Positions 19,984 through 31,600 of a stretch of DNA of 64,000 bases are shown here, in pieces; the stretch's first letter is position 1, and the number at the start of each line of letters is the position of its first letter. The translations under genes were made by a program, and so were the position numbers. The notes beneath the pieces are model-generated. The model searched no databases, was not told where the DNA came from, and worked only from the letters and a program-made list of their open reading frames with translations. Source of the stretch: Amphiscolops sp. MND2022 (taxonomy: Eukaryota); the NCBI GenBank assembly GCA_964187785.1, contig OZ076409.1:53074001-53138000 (forward strand), in the 5' to 3' direction.

Positions 19984-22900
19984 GCTCGATGGACTGCTCT
20001 GACTACTGTTTCCTCTGGTAACCCAGCTTTTGAACAGGGCTTTGGCTTTTTTTATTACTCACTCTATCTCTCTTTGTGCAAAGTCAAACGCAAGACAAAC
20101 AAAAATAGGAAGTTTTCGATGTACTCCCTAACTATTATTTAAACTAAACTATGGGACCACTACGTTCTGGAGCTCGCAGCTCGTGGTTGCTTTCTAGATT
20201 CTAAATCGAAAATAGTTGGCCTTCACAAACCTCAGACTCCAGATTACATGCACTAATTAGAACAGAAAGGTTTGCTTCCCCACTAACTGGAGATAGTTAT
20301 CCTACGAAAAGTTAAAGTTAAGCCTTTTAAGTTTTTTTTTTTGAGGTACTTTGACAAGCTACTTGCACTAAACTACGCTTAATCCAGCCACAGGCTACGC
20401 GGTGGGAGCGAACAAAAAGGTTTTGGCACGCTAGCAAGGTTTTACGGAGGTTTATTCAAGAAATCACCGTACTTTGCTTCACAAACGTGCTTTATGTTAC
20501 TCGCACTGCCCTTTATGAGGAGAGCACAAGTAGGGTTACTACAAATAGGGAACTCGGGGATAGACCTTGGGGGTGAGTAGGTGCTAGGAGACTAACAAAC
20601 AAGAGAGTTTTACTAATCTGATGATTACAAGATCAATGGAGACACGGTTCTTCACACTTTCAGATGCTACTGTACTTGATGTTCTTTTGCGAGACGCAGC
20701 GCGTCCAAAGTCTTAGTCTCCTAGGAAACTCTTAAATGCGTTCTGGCTCTCACACGCTGCCTCTCAGTCGAAGTGTGCGCGGCAATAACTATCAGTTCGC
20801 ACTTAGGTGACTCTGGTGGCTGTTGGTAGAGAAAACACGATTTTGTGGTTTTTCACTTCTAAGTCTCGTAGACAATTTTTCCACGAACCCAAGATCTTAG
20901 GGTTGAGCTAGCCCTATACTGATTGCCTCGGCAAGACGTGCTATGGGTGCCTGGTGTAGAACTAGGGTCGTCGGAGCACTCACTTGCGACCATACCTACG
21001 AAAAATACGTAATTTTTCGCAAAATTTCTCAAAATCAGCAACTTTTTCGCCGATATGCACGCCTGGGGATGGTGAAAATCACTTCTAGAGCTAATAGCGA
21101 CCTGAAAATTTAACACGGTATACTACAGTGGCTAAATCATGGGAAACTAACCGCTGATTGCGCCAAAATTGTTTCCTCGTGACTCAGGGTCGCTCACCAA
21201 TGTTACTTGAAAAATCGACTATGTTGCGAAATTCACACAAGTTTGTCAAACTCGCCTTCCAGGCTTCCTAGCTACTTGAAATTTTGTATGCGAGCGTGAA
21301 TTATGCCCACGTAACAGAAAAACAATATAGCGGGGTTCCCAGGTCGATATTTAGCAATCCGAGTTGACAAAACTATGATGTATCCTATATGTCACTTTCA
21401 AGGGTCAAAATTCACAAAATTGTCAATTTCTCCAAGTTGGCCAGTAGCAAGCTGCTAAAGATGCACAAATCGTCGGGATCGAGTGCCGTATGCACGAAAA
21501 TGCAAGAATTTTAGTGCTGGGATACCTGCAAGGTATTGCACTATGCTCAACTAAAATTCAATTTTTTCGACATTTCCATGCGGTTTTTGAGCAAAACTGC
21601 GGCTAAGATTTCTCAATCACTAGTAATGGTAGCGCTACGAAAATTACACCACAAACGTAACTTTTTGCGGTCTACACGATGGTGCAATCCGTTTTGGGCT
21701 ACTCCTGCTAGGAGAGATTTCGACCTGTCTTGGGCACACTACTCCAGTGTTCCGAAAATGTCGCAAAAATAGCACGTTTTGGGCTATTTCTCAACAACCA
21801 CTGGTTGGAATCACTCGCGGTTTTCGGCGTTAGTAATCTAGTACTCTCTACTAACAGAAAATAGGCGAGCGAAACCTGGCAGGTTCCAAATAAGGTCTCT
21901 CAAAATTGATTTTAGGTTACACCTTGGACACTCTGGGAACACCTATGAAAAACACGTATTTTCCCTAGGAACTTTTTATTCTTCGGTTCCCAGAGGTTCA
22001 GAATAGTTCTAAACGTAATGTAGTAAGGCGTAATAACTTTATTCAGGGGATTGGGATTGTTTCAATTATTAGTTTTGATGTTATAACTCTCAGGTCTATG
22101 GGGTCCTCTACTCAGGTCTATGTATAACAAAAGAAAATCAGGGGTTAAAGTTTCAATTTATATTGGGGGCTGCTAAAAATTGTCTTGGCAGTAATGTCTC
22201 GTACCACCAAGCTCGGGAACAACGTTTTTGGGGCGGTCTAAAAGCTTGGGAACAAGCGCCCAAGGCTTCGCCCTCACCAATTTTGGTCTTCTAGGCCAAA
22301 ATTGATGTTTCTTCAACAAAAATCGCTAAATTTTTCGGTGTTTCAGTAATTTAGCCTAGCAAATTTTTCTGTTCCTGACCTAACAGGTCTGATGGAACGT
22401 TTTTATTGTATTCCCACTGGCCGTACACAGTTCTACAAAATTTTGACTTTTTAAAACTGTAAAATCGATATTTGAGCTATATAGAGTGTTGTTTTCAAGG
22501 TTTTCGCACTCAAATTTTTTAAAAACCGGTCCGAACACCCGCTGGGTATTTTTCTCAGTTAGTTTATGTGGGAATAGGCCTGGGAAAATGCTGTTTGGGC
22601 TGCTAAATACAAGGGGAACGAAATAACCCAGCTATCGTCGTAGAATCGGCAGCAGGGAGGGAGGTAGAGGCTATGACGTGAAGTACCTGACGTCTGTCAC
22701 TCAGCTAGCTGGGGTCTTCACGAACCGTCCTCCTGGTCCCCATACATTGCCAATTTACTGAAATAGAGCTACAAAACCCTTTAAAACCAGTTCCGGATAG
22801 GCCGGATTCACTTTTTCAATAGGTATTCTCAAAATACAAGGGGTACACCGTCTGAAATTGTCGATTTTCGGTTCCAGACCTCGGAAATACGCAGGAAACG

Positions 22901-23044
22901 CAGGAAAAACACTAGTACAAGGCCCACAGGGCTAGAATAAGGCAATAAAAACAATCTAGGACTCACCAGCAAATTTCCTAGGTCCGGACCTAACAGGGCC
23001 GGAAAGCAGGAAAAACTCCTAATTATGGCGAAAAGATGGAAAAT

Positions 23045-23062
23045 GTCCCTTGTGGGGCGCCA
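23045..23062 (-). promoter_or_regulatory. Gypsy-A primer binding site, tRNA-Lys-like
   Basis: TGGCGCCCCACAAGGGAC resembles the tRNA-Lys(UUU) PBS TGGCGCCCGAACAGGGAC. It lies 16 nt from the LTR end. Confidence 0.75.
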
Positions 23063-23078
23063 TAAAAACTATCCTAGA

Positions 23079-23798
23079 TGTAACGTCAAGCTAACAGCTA
23101 CATTCTAGAACTGGGACAATGCCCAGGTTGCTTGAACAAGAGACCAGTGCCTTACTACAACCTAAACATCAGTTTTTAGTCCCAAAATGGTCTCAGTAGG
23201 GACTTTTCCAAGACGCCGAGGAGACTCCTCATATTAGAGCTCCGTGGCGACGTGCCGGCACACTCCAAGTCCGGACACGTCCCACAAGCCTGTAAAAACA
23301 ATTCCTAATGTTCCTGCGTGCTCCTACATACCTCCGAGGTCCAAAAACAGGGTCTAGCTGAAACACATTTTATTGGGGGAATAAGTTCTAAATCCACCAA
23401 AATAGGGATCTAGTAGATCCACTATCATCGCAAATCTGCTAAACAACATCAAAAACATCTAAATAAACTGAATTTATCACATTCGGGGTTTGTATCCAGT
23501 CTTCAGGGTTCTTTGGGCAACCTTCGAAAAGATACTTCTTTCTTCTGGGTCATTTTCTGGGATAGATGGCACAAAACCGCGTTTTTGTGGCAGTTCTCAG
23601 TTCTTCTGGGGTCTCTGGCACTGTCCTCTGGGATTTCGAGGGTTTTTTCGGGGTTCTCGGGCTTTTTTTTTCTTTTTTGTCCTTTCTTGGGGACCTGCTA
23701 GGTCGGCCATTTTGAATGCTCTTATTTGATATCGCACACTTTTTGAATTTGAACGAAATTTTCAAAAATTGATATAACGACTTTTGCTGGACGTTACA
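23079..23798 (-). repeat. Gypsy-A 5' LTR
   Basis: Direct repeat of 8713-9432. Confidence 0.97.
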
Positions 23799-26700
23799 AG
23801 ATATAGGGGCTCAAGTATAAAATAAATAGGAAAATTTTTCAAAAAAAAACAAGTATTTTTAGCAGAAAAACGAACGCGTCATACGTGATGACGGAAACTA
23901 TGTTGGTACAAAACCTAGCTTACATCCTTGCTGTTTATCTTGAGGGAGAATGGTTTCTGTATCTTTCGTCAGTTTTGAGAAATATGAGCTACAAATGAGA
24001 AAAAATTTTTCGACATTTTTTTTCATCCATTTTTTTGCCCAAAAAACGAAGTCTGAAAAAAAATTTGACGCCAATTTTGGGCAAAAATGTAGCCTATGAA
24101 ACGCTTGTAAATTACACGAAACCATGGACCCTGTATTTGATCCTGGTTCTGAGAAATAGGGGTTCAAACATAAAAAATAGTCAAAAATAGCGTTTTTTCA
24201 AAACTTCTTTTTAAAAAAAACCATGAAGCCGAATTTTTTTCGAAATTTTTTTTCGACGAAAATGTAGCCCAGGAACCTGCGCAATTTTTAGCGGAAACAT
24301 GGTGTCCGTATCTGTTATGGGTTTTGAGAAATTTGCCGCACAAGTTTGAAAAGTTGGCACATGTCACGAAATCTGCGAAAAAAAAAACGTCACCATATGG
24401 GCAATCTCGCTCCGCTCGTGCCCCAAAAAATGTCAACTGTTCGAGATTTTGACTGTATTAATCAACTTGTACAATACCCTTGGTCGTTTTCGTGTTTATG
24501 AAAGTCCACAGAGTTAAAAACATAAAACGTTGAAACAACATGGCAGACTTCGTTGAAAAATAAAATGAGTTTTTTTCTGAAAAACTGCCAAATGGTTTTT
24601 TCAGTTATCGTTCGTTTATTCACTGTTTTGTTTTCGTACGTGTGAATAGTCAGAGAGTTGAAAAACCATTAGCTACTCAAACTGATTAGCATATCTTTTT
24701 TGCTAAATTTTTGAGTTTTATCTTGAAAATATGCCAAACGAACCAAAAAAGTTAGATTTTGCGGATCATAGTGTCGTGGTTAGAGTATCCTGTCTGTCTT
24801 GGTGCTTCATTAATTTTCAAATAACTCCGAACTCACTATTGTTGGATTTTGAGCAAGTTCTGCATCACTACCTTAGAGATATGATGTAGAGATTACAAGG
24901 CATGTAGCTTAAGAAACAAAAAATGGAAGAGCAAGGACGAGCAGACAGACCTTTTTAACATGATGCAAGTTCCTGACATTTGTATCCTGTAAGGACTCTG
25001 TTGTAGAAATGCTCAAGTGCTTTTTCGACATCCACCCAGCACCAACATATTCTTTTTCTCTTCATCTTTTGGCTATAGACCAAAATCTTTTTTTTTGAAG
25101 ACCCCTCAATTTTAACTGAAAACGAACCGTTTTCCGAGCAAAGGGGACTCTTCATGGTTTTCGACACTATTCAACTTACTGGAGACGTTCATCAAAAAAT
25201 TCTTCGAAAATTTCGAAAAATTTTCCCTCAACTTTTTGATATATGAGAGGTTACCGGTTGAGCGAAATCATTTTCCCAGTTTTAAGGGTAACCTCTGATT
25301 GTTTTGAGTCCTGTAGGACTGGTGAGAGTTTTCTCAAACATTCTGCACAAGATCCACAGCTTTTTCAGCACTGTGCGACTTTTTTTCGAAACAGTTCTTT
25401 TTCAGTAAAATGGTACTACCCCTTTCATTTTTGAAACGTTTTTCACAAGGAAAAAAGCATTTTTTGATTTAATGGGTTTCATTTAGATTTTCTGCACTTA
25501 GTTTTTTCTCTCTGAGATTCTATCAAAAAATGAAAAAGCCGATTTTGTTCTAAAAATGGCCTTTTTGTTGTTTCCAATCGAGGAAAAAGTAGTTTTTGAA
25601 CCTTATACCTTCGGGTATTCTTTGGCACTGTAAACAATAAATATACTAAAAGTCACTAAGTTCAATCTCTGAAGGTCTCCAAAACAGAGCCAATATCAAT
25701 CAAGGAAAACACCTTAGAACACCAAAATTGAAACAGTGAATTCATTTTCGCAGTTCTCCTATCATCAGCTTTTATTGCTTGCAGCTTTACTCGGTTTTCT
25801 TGAGCTCAATTCTCCAGTTTCCTTACATCAGCTTTCAATGTTTGCAGTTTTTAAAATTTGCCATTTTTGTCAGACGTCTACTTTTTATGTTCATTTCATG
25901 CATTTACTAGAAAACGTGAGATTCTGAATTTTCAATCTGTGAGGGTCTCCAGAACAGAGCCAACATAAATCTAGGAAAACCACCATAGAACGCAAGAACA
26001 GAACAACCGTAGATGCATTATCCTGCAACGAACAAAGCCAACAAAGATTTCAACAAATTATAAGTATGTAGAGGACAGCCGAACTTACTCAGACTGCAGA
26101 AACTAATTAGTCTGCTGTTGCGTCGCAATAGGATCGAATTAAAAGTATTATTTTGGCAAATATTATCTCTTTGCTATCTCGAAATGTTGAGTGATGAATT
26201 GTTCATGAATTTTAACTAGTTGTAAAAATATTTGCGGGATTATTTGTTTTGATTATGATTCATTGTTGTTTTTCTTTCAGTTCAATTCACGTTGACATAA
26301 TCTGTAACCAATTTTGGAAAACGAGATATAGAAATGGAAACTATATTTCTTTCATGATGGCCATAGAGAGGCACGATTATCAGCACATAAATTTCGACAA
26401 AAAAATCACGAATTATGCTTCAAGAAAACATGAGAACAAACCCGATGTGGCTCCAGCCCTTCGATGCGTCCCAGTAGTTTCCTGACGTGGAAAAAATTGG
26501 ACTGTGCAGCTACATCCAAAAGACATATATAGTAAGACCCAAAATATTATCTGTTCTCACTCCACGTTTGGAACCAGAGGGAGGCTGCTTTCGACGGTGC
26601 CTCAGCCACCGCCGAGGGTGCCCCGCAAACTGGTTACTCTTTAAAAACAAAAAAGCTAAAGAACTTTAATGGTGCTTTCAAAATCGAGATAGCAAACACC

Positions 26701-27187
26701 AAATAAATGACGGAAGTTTCCTTTGTAAAAGGGTTATCAACCGAACTTCTATAACTATGTTTGCTAATCAACCTTTCAATTGTCAGCATGACTCCTTCTG
26801 AACTGAAAAAATAAAAACTGATTGCTCAATTTTTGTGAAATTTTCGTCTCGTTATTCGTACAATTGGATCTCTAGGTGATTTGTTATCAGTTAATGAAAA
26901 AAGAAGATTGATCTTGATGTGACATTTGAAAAAAGTTAGTTCGGTCTTTTTGTTAAAATACAACTGAACGTTTTTTTTCATGTTACTTCGACTGACCGAC
27001 AGAACGAATGGTTTTCATAATAGCAGCAAGTTCGCTACATCATGCTTTAGAAACCTTAAACCCCGAAGAAAAAGAACAATATAAAGATAAAACCTATACC
27101 ATCCCGGGCCGTCAGAAAGTCTTAATCCGAACACAAAAAAACCCAAAAAGATTGTTCAAAATTTACTTTCGAAAGATCTGAAAGACA

Positions 27188-27783
27188 AACAAGACGGGAA
27201 CGTCTAAAGTCGGCGCTATATCTAAGGCTCAAAAAAGCGCTAAGTTTTTAAACTTGTAAAAGGGGGGGGGGACCCTTTCAGCTTTTTGAAAATCCAGTCT
27301 GTTGCAAAATATCAAAAAAATTGGACAATAAAAAAATCCGGAATTTTTTTTGAAAAAACTTTCGAAAAAATGAAAAATGAGAATTTCGAAACAGTCTCAC
27401 AGTGCCGAAAACTAGAGAGGGGGGACCCTTTGGGCTTTTTGAAACTTCGGTTTGCTGCAAAATATCAAAAAAACTTGAATGGGGGACCGTTTGGCCACAA
27501 AAGAAAATTCGAAAAAAAAGTCGCACAGTGCCGAAAAAAATTCAAAGGGGGGACCCTGTAGTCCCATCCGGTTTTGTATCTTACGTTAAAAATTGAGTAC
27601 ACGAAAGGGGGGACCCTTTGCAGTAACTCAGATGTCATTCCACTTGCCGGTTCAGTACTTTTAGTAGTTCTGTAAAAAGTGTCCACTACGCATACATTCT
27701 GTGGTCTGACGAAAAAAAAAGAAAAAAAAACTTGCTACTGTAATAGTCGGGCTCATTTTCTTCTAAAATGCGCCGACTAAAAA
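27188..27783 (-). mobile_element. Non-autonomous Helentron/HINE-like element in the BEL-B leader
   Basis: SubTIRs agtcggcgc (27208-27216) and gcgccgact (27770-27778), terminal hairpin agacg-ggaa-cgtct (27192-27205), a second IR tagtcgg (27744), and internal ggggaccc-containing repeats. Confidence 0.7.
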
Positions 27784-28630
27784 GACATTGTAATTTGGCA
27801 CGATGTTTTGAACAACAGTATTTCGAAACATGATAGCAATAATTTTTGCGCTTTAACAGTACTAGATCTAATTGAAACACTGAAAAATCTTCAAGACAAG
27901 CTTTGTGCTCTGGTGTATCGTCAACGTAACCGCACTCCGTACATTTTCGAAGAATTGAAAGTATTGCAAACTGATCATAATATCAAAGCGTTCAGCATCG
28001 TCAAGGATTTTATATCCCTGAAAAAACAAAAAGATCCCGAGATTCTTAAACAATTCAAGGCATTGCATCAGAGCTTGAGCTGAAGAATTTTAATCTTGTT
28101 CTTCGAAAAGAGAATCAACTCTCAACAATAATTGACAAAAGCCGACCCAAACGGCCAAGTAAGCGTGCCCGTAAGGCTGCCAAGAGAGCCCCCGCCTTTT
28201 TTTAGTCTCAGTTAACAACACCCCCCCCCGCTTCTTCCAGCTGTTGAGACAGTGTCCGAACTTCACTGATCGGTTGAAGTTTCTTCAGCTCTTCCTCCTT
28301 TTTTCAGAGTTGTGTCCAGTCTTGACTGACTGGTTGATACTCTGAAAAAACGTTTCGTCCCTCACCCGCACCACCGTCAACTGAGACCGCGTTCCTTCAC
28401 CGCGACTTTGAGTTTATCGTGTTCCGTCCTCGTAGTCTGTGACTACTTTTACCTTAAAACAAAAAATTCGCCAGTTTCTTTATTGAAGCACTGTACAAAC
28501 ACAGTGTCGTCACCAATAAACATCGTTCTTTCTGCCACCAAACTTTTTCCTGAACTGTGTCCAAACTTAATTGTTTGGTTGACGTCTGAAAAAGTACAAA
28601 CGCCCGCCAATCCCTAACTTTGACAACGTA

Positions 28631-31600
28631 ATGTCTGACCCCATTCACGAAAAGGTCCAAAAGTTGTACGACAGTCGCGCGAAAGCCGAAGCCGACTTGA
28701 AAAGATATCAAAACGATGTGACAGAAGCAGTAAACAATGCCGATAGACGCGTCCGCGTCGAACGGTTGGTCACTTTTTGCGAAGAGGCTATGACAAAAGC
28801 TTTCGCTAAGAACGAACAGCTACTCGAGCTTGCCAAGAAAACCAACGACCCGGCGACTGTCACAACGGACTTCGAAAAATGGATGGTTGAACGTAACGAG
28901 CATACAAAACGATGAAATGTTGAGGAATGCAAGGGAATATATCGATCAATTTCCCAAAACAGACAATTCCTCTCTAATTTCAGTCGAAGCTCCAACCAAA
29001 AGGACCAAGTCAAGCAAAGCTTCAAGCAGCAAAGTTTCAAAGAGTTCAAGTCAGCGACAACGAGATTTGCTTATTGGCAAACATAAGCGAGAAGAAATTG
29101 AAAGACAAAACGAAGCTGCTTTACGACTGGCTAAACAAAAGCAGGAACTTGAACTTGAACAACTGCAGGAAGAGAACCGCAAACAACTTGCACAGGCGCA
29201 TCTAGTTGAACTTGAACTTCAAGATGAGGCATCCGAAGCTAACGAAGATGCTCATGAAACTCTTTCGCGGTTGAGTAGAACCACAGCCGCTAGCGAAACG
29301 CGACGAGTTAGTGACTGTGTCAACAACTCGCCAAATGGTCCTGCAACTGATCAGGAGGCGGAAACAGTGGTAACTGCAAGTCTTACGACTTTGAATAACA
29401 ACACAGCTGTTTCGATGCCATCCCAGCAACCTCCGATTAATATTTCTCAGCCGACGTTCGCGCCAGCTGATTTGAACGAAACACACGTGGTAGTACAACC
29501 GCCAACAACTACCGTTCCATCACTGAATTTGAATAACGCTCCAGCTGTACAAATTCAGACTCCTCCACTACCAGCGCAAAACCGTGCAAATACCAGACCA
29601 TCGACATCAACTGTCATAATACAACAACCTGTTCAACAGGCAATCATTCCGCACCAAGCTACTTGTTCTAATGTGCAACTTCTACCGCCACAGCCGACTG
29701 CACGTTTGCCCACGTTCACAATGCCGGCGCACCACATCCTTCCTAACCTGTCCACCTGGACCTTTCCGAACCCGACCGTAACCACTGCACCGATTGCAAC
29801 AACAATTCCAACCACGGCACAACTGACGGCACCTACGTTCATGCCGTTAACTCACACACCAAACTGTGCCGCTTCGACCGTACCAGTTACAGCTGGTGGA
29901 ACTGTGTATTACGAATCACCGTCAACCGTTACTACGCCAATCGTGTACAGTACAGCAGCACAACAGACGACTTCGCCTAGTCCAACAGCTGCTACTTTTG
30001 TGCCAGCCGGAACGTCAACAACTATGCAAGTACAACCAAGTACAACCGGATTCACGATACAAAATCTTGCCCTGTTGTTAGCTTCAACGAAGAAAGACCA
30101 TTTGCCGGAGTGGAAACTAGCACAATATAGCGGCGACCCAATTCAATGGTATGAATGGTTTCGCCAGTTCAAAAGTGCCATAGACTCAGCACCACTCACA
30201 GATGACGTCAAGTTAACATTTCTCAAAACTCTTGTTACAGGCAAAGCAAAAACTGCTATCGCTGAATTTGCTTACTGCGGAACGATGTATAGAGACGCGC
30301 TAAAGACACTGGAACGGAAGTTTGGACAACCGCAGGCTGTTGTAACTGCTTATCTGGAAAAGTTGGCAAATTTGCCACCTGTCAAGATGCACAACAGTAA
30401 GAGCATCATCAGTAACTCAGCAACAATCTGTTCTCTAGTTGGGGTCTTCCGCTCTCTAAACTACGCCCAAGATCTGTCGAGCGCATCATTGCTTGGACAA
30501 GCCATTCAAAAGCTTCCGCCAAACAAGAAAGAAGCATGGTCACTACACACAGTGAGGCGAACTTTGGACAGACCGACGCTCATTGATTTCAATGACTGGC
30601 TCAAAGACAAAGCCGAAGCGCATGAACGCATGAAGTCTCTGCCCACCAAAGTGAAACAGGCAGAAAGTAACAACGTGACTGTAACTAAGACCAAGACTGC
30701 TTCTAAGGTTTTCGCTGCAACAACTTCTAGTCAACAAAGTGCCAGCGCCAAAGTTAAGAGTGACAAACCGCCCAACACTTGTGTCGCCTGTAAAGAAAAA
30801 CATCCTTTGTGGAGGTGTCCCGCATTCAGAGGAAAAACACCCACAAAGAGAGCAAAATTGTAGCTGACAGTAAGCTTTGCTTTTCATGCTTCAACCAAAA
30901 TCACACGTTTCGCCAGTGCCCGCAACCCCGCATGTGTACCAAAGATGGATGCGGGAGTTCACACAACCCTTTCTTGCACGGAGCTGACAGAATTTTTGCC
31001 AAGAAAGTCACTGGCGTGAACAAGGACAAAACTGAAACATCTGTTGTAATGGAACATCAATGAACAACGAAAGATCAGACGAGAGCTCAGGCATGCCTTC
31101 CGTTGCCGATGTCAAAGGCCTATTACAAGTAACGGAAGTTGAACTTCACTCGAACGGCAAAAGTCAAATGGTCCTGGCACTATGTGATTCTGCCTGCAGC
31201 CATTCCTGGATCTCAGCAAGTCTGGCAACGAAACTGAACGTTCATGGCACCCCGACCGAGCTTACTGTCCATGGCATAAATTCCAACCAAGTCGTAGACA
31301 CGCAACTGGTGGAGCTTAAGTTGACACCCGTTCATTCGGGTGGCTCTTGCTCTCCCTTTGTTGTCAAACCGTACGTCAGGGCAGACCTCAAAGTCGAAAC
31401 TGACACAATAGATGTCGAACTTATACAAACCAAGTACCCCCATTTGCAACCAGTTTCTTTGAAAAAGTACAGTTACGCCGATGTTGAAATGATCCTAGGT
31501 CAGGATGTGTTCCACTCGATCCGCCCGCTGGAGTATTTTGACTCCGACCGCAAAAATGCTCCAGTCGCCGTTCGTCTACCGTTGGGTTGGGTTTTGAGTG

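Larger units (their letters stand above)
8713..23798 (-). mobile_element. Full-length, very young Ty3/Gypsy LTR retrotransposon (Gypsy-A, 15.1 kb)
   Basis: Two 720-bp TGTAAC...GTTACA LTRs with only one difference that I could find, a PPT, a tRNA-Lys-like PBS and an intact Gag-PR-RT-RH-IN ORF. Confidence 0.97.
7494..24428 (-). mobile_element. Helentron/HINE-like non-autonomous element with internal tandem repeats of about 360 bp, split by Gypsy-A (pieces 7494-8712 and 23799-24428)
   Basis: Subterminal inverted repeats gggcacgagc (7521-7530) and gctcgtgccc (24414-24423). GC hairpin gcgcgac-ggcat-gtcgcgc (7500-7518) lies outside one subTIR, and the ends are T/A-rich. The motif aattac(ac)gaaaccatggac recurs at about 7947, 8309, 8670 and 24110. 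Confidence 0.7.

Noticed and set aside
11483..20002. Many short + strand and alternative-frame ORFs overlapping Gypsy-A gag-pol
   Set aside because: Shadow ORFs of a long coding region with no recognisable motifs.
25663..26005. Diverged direct repeat of about 70 bp at about 25663 and 25932 as possible TRIM LTRs
   Set aside because: No TG...CA ends, PBS, PPT or TSD. Probably an old local duplication.
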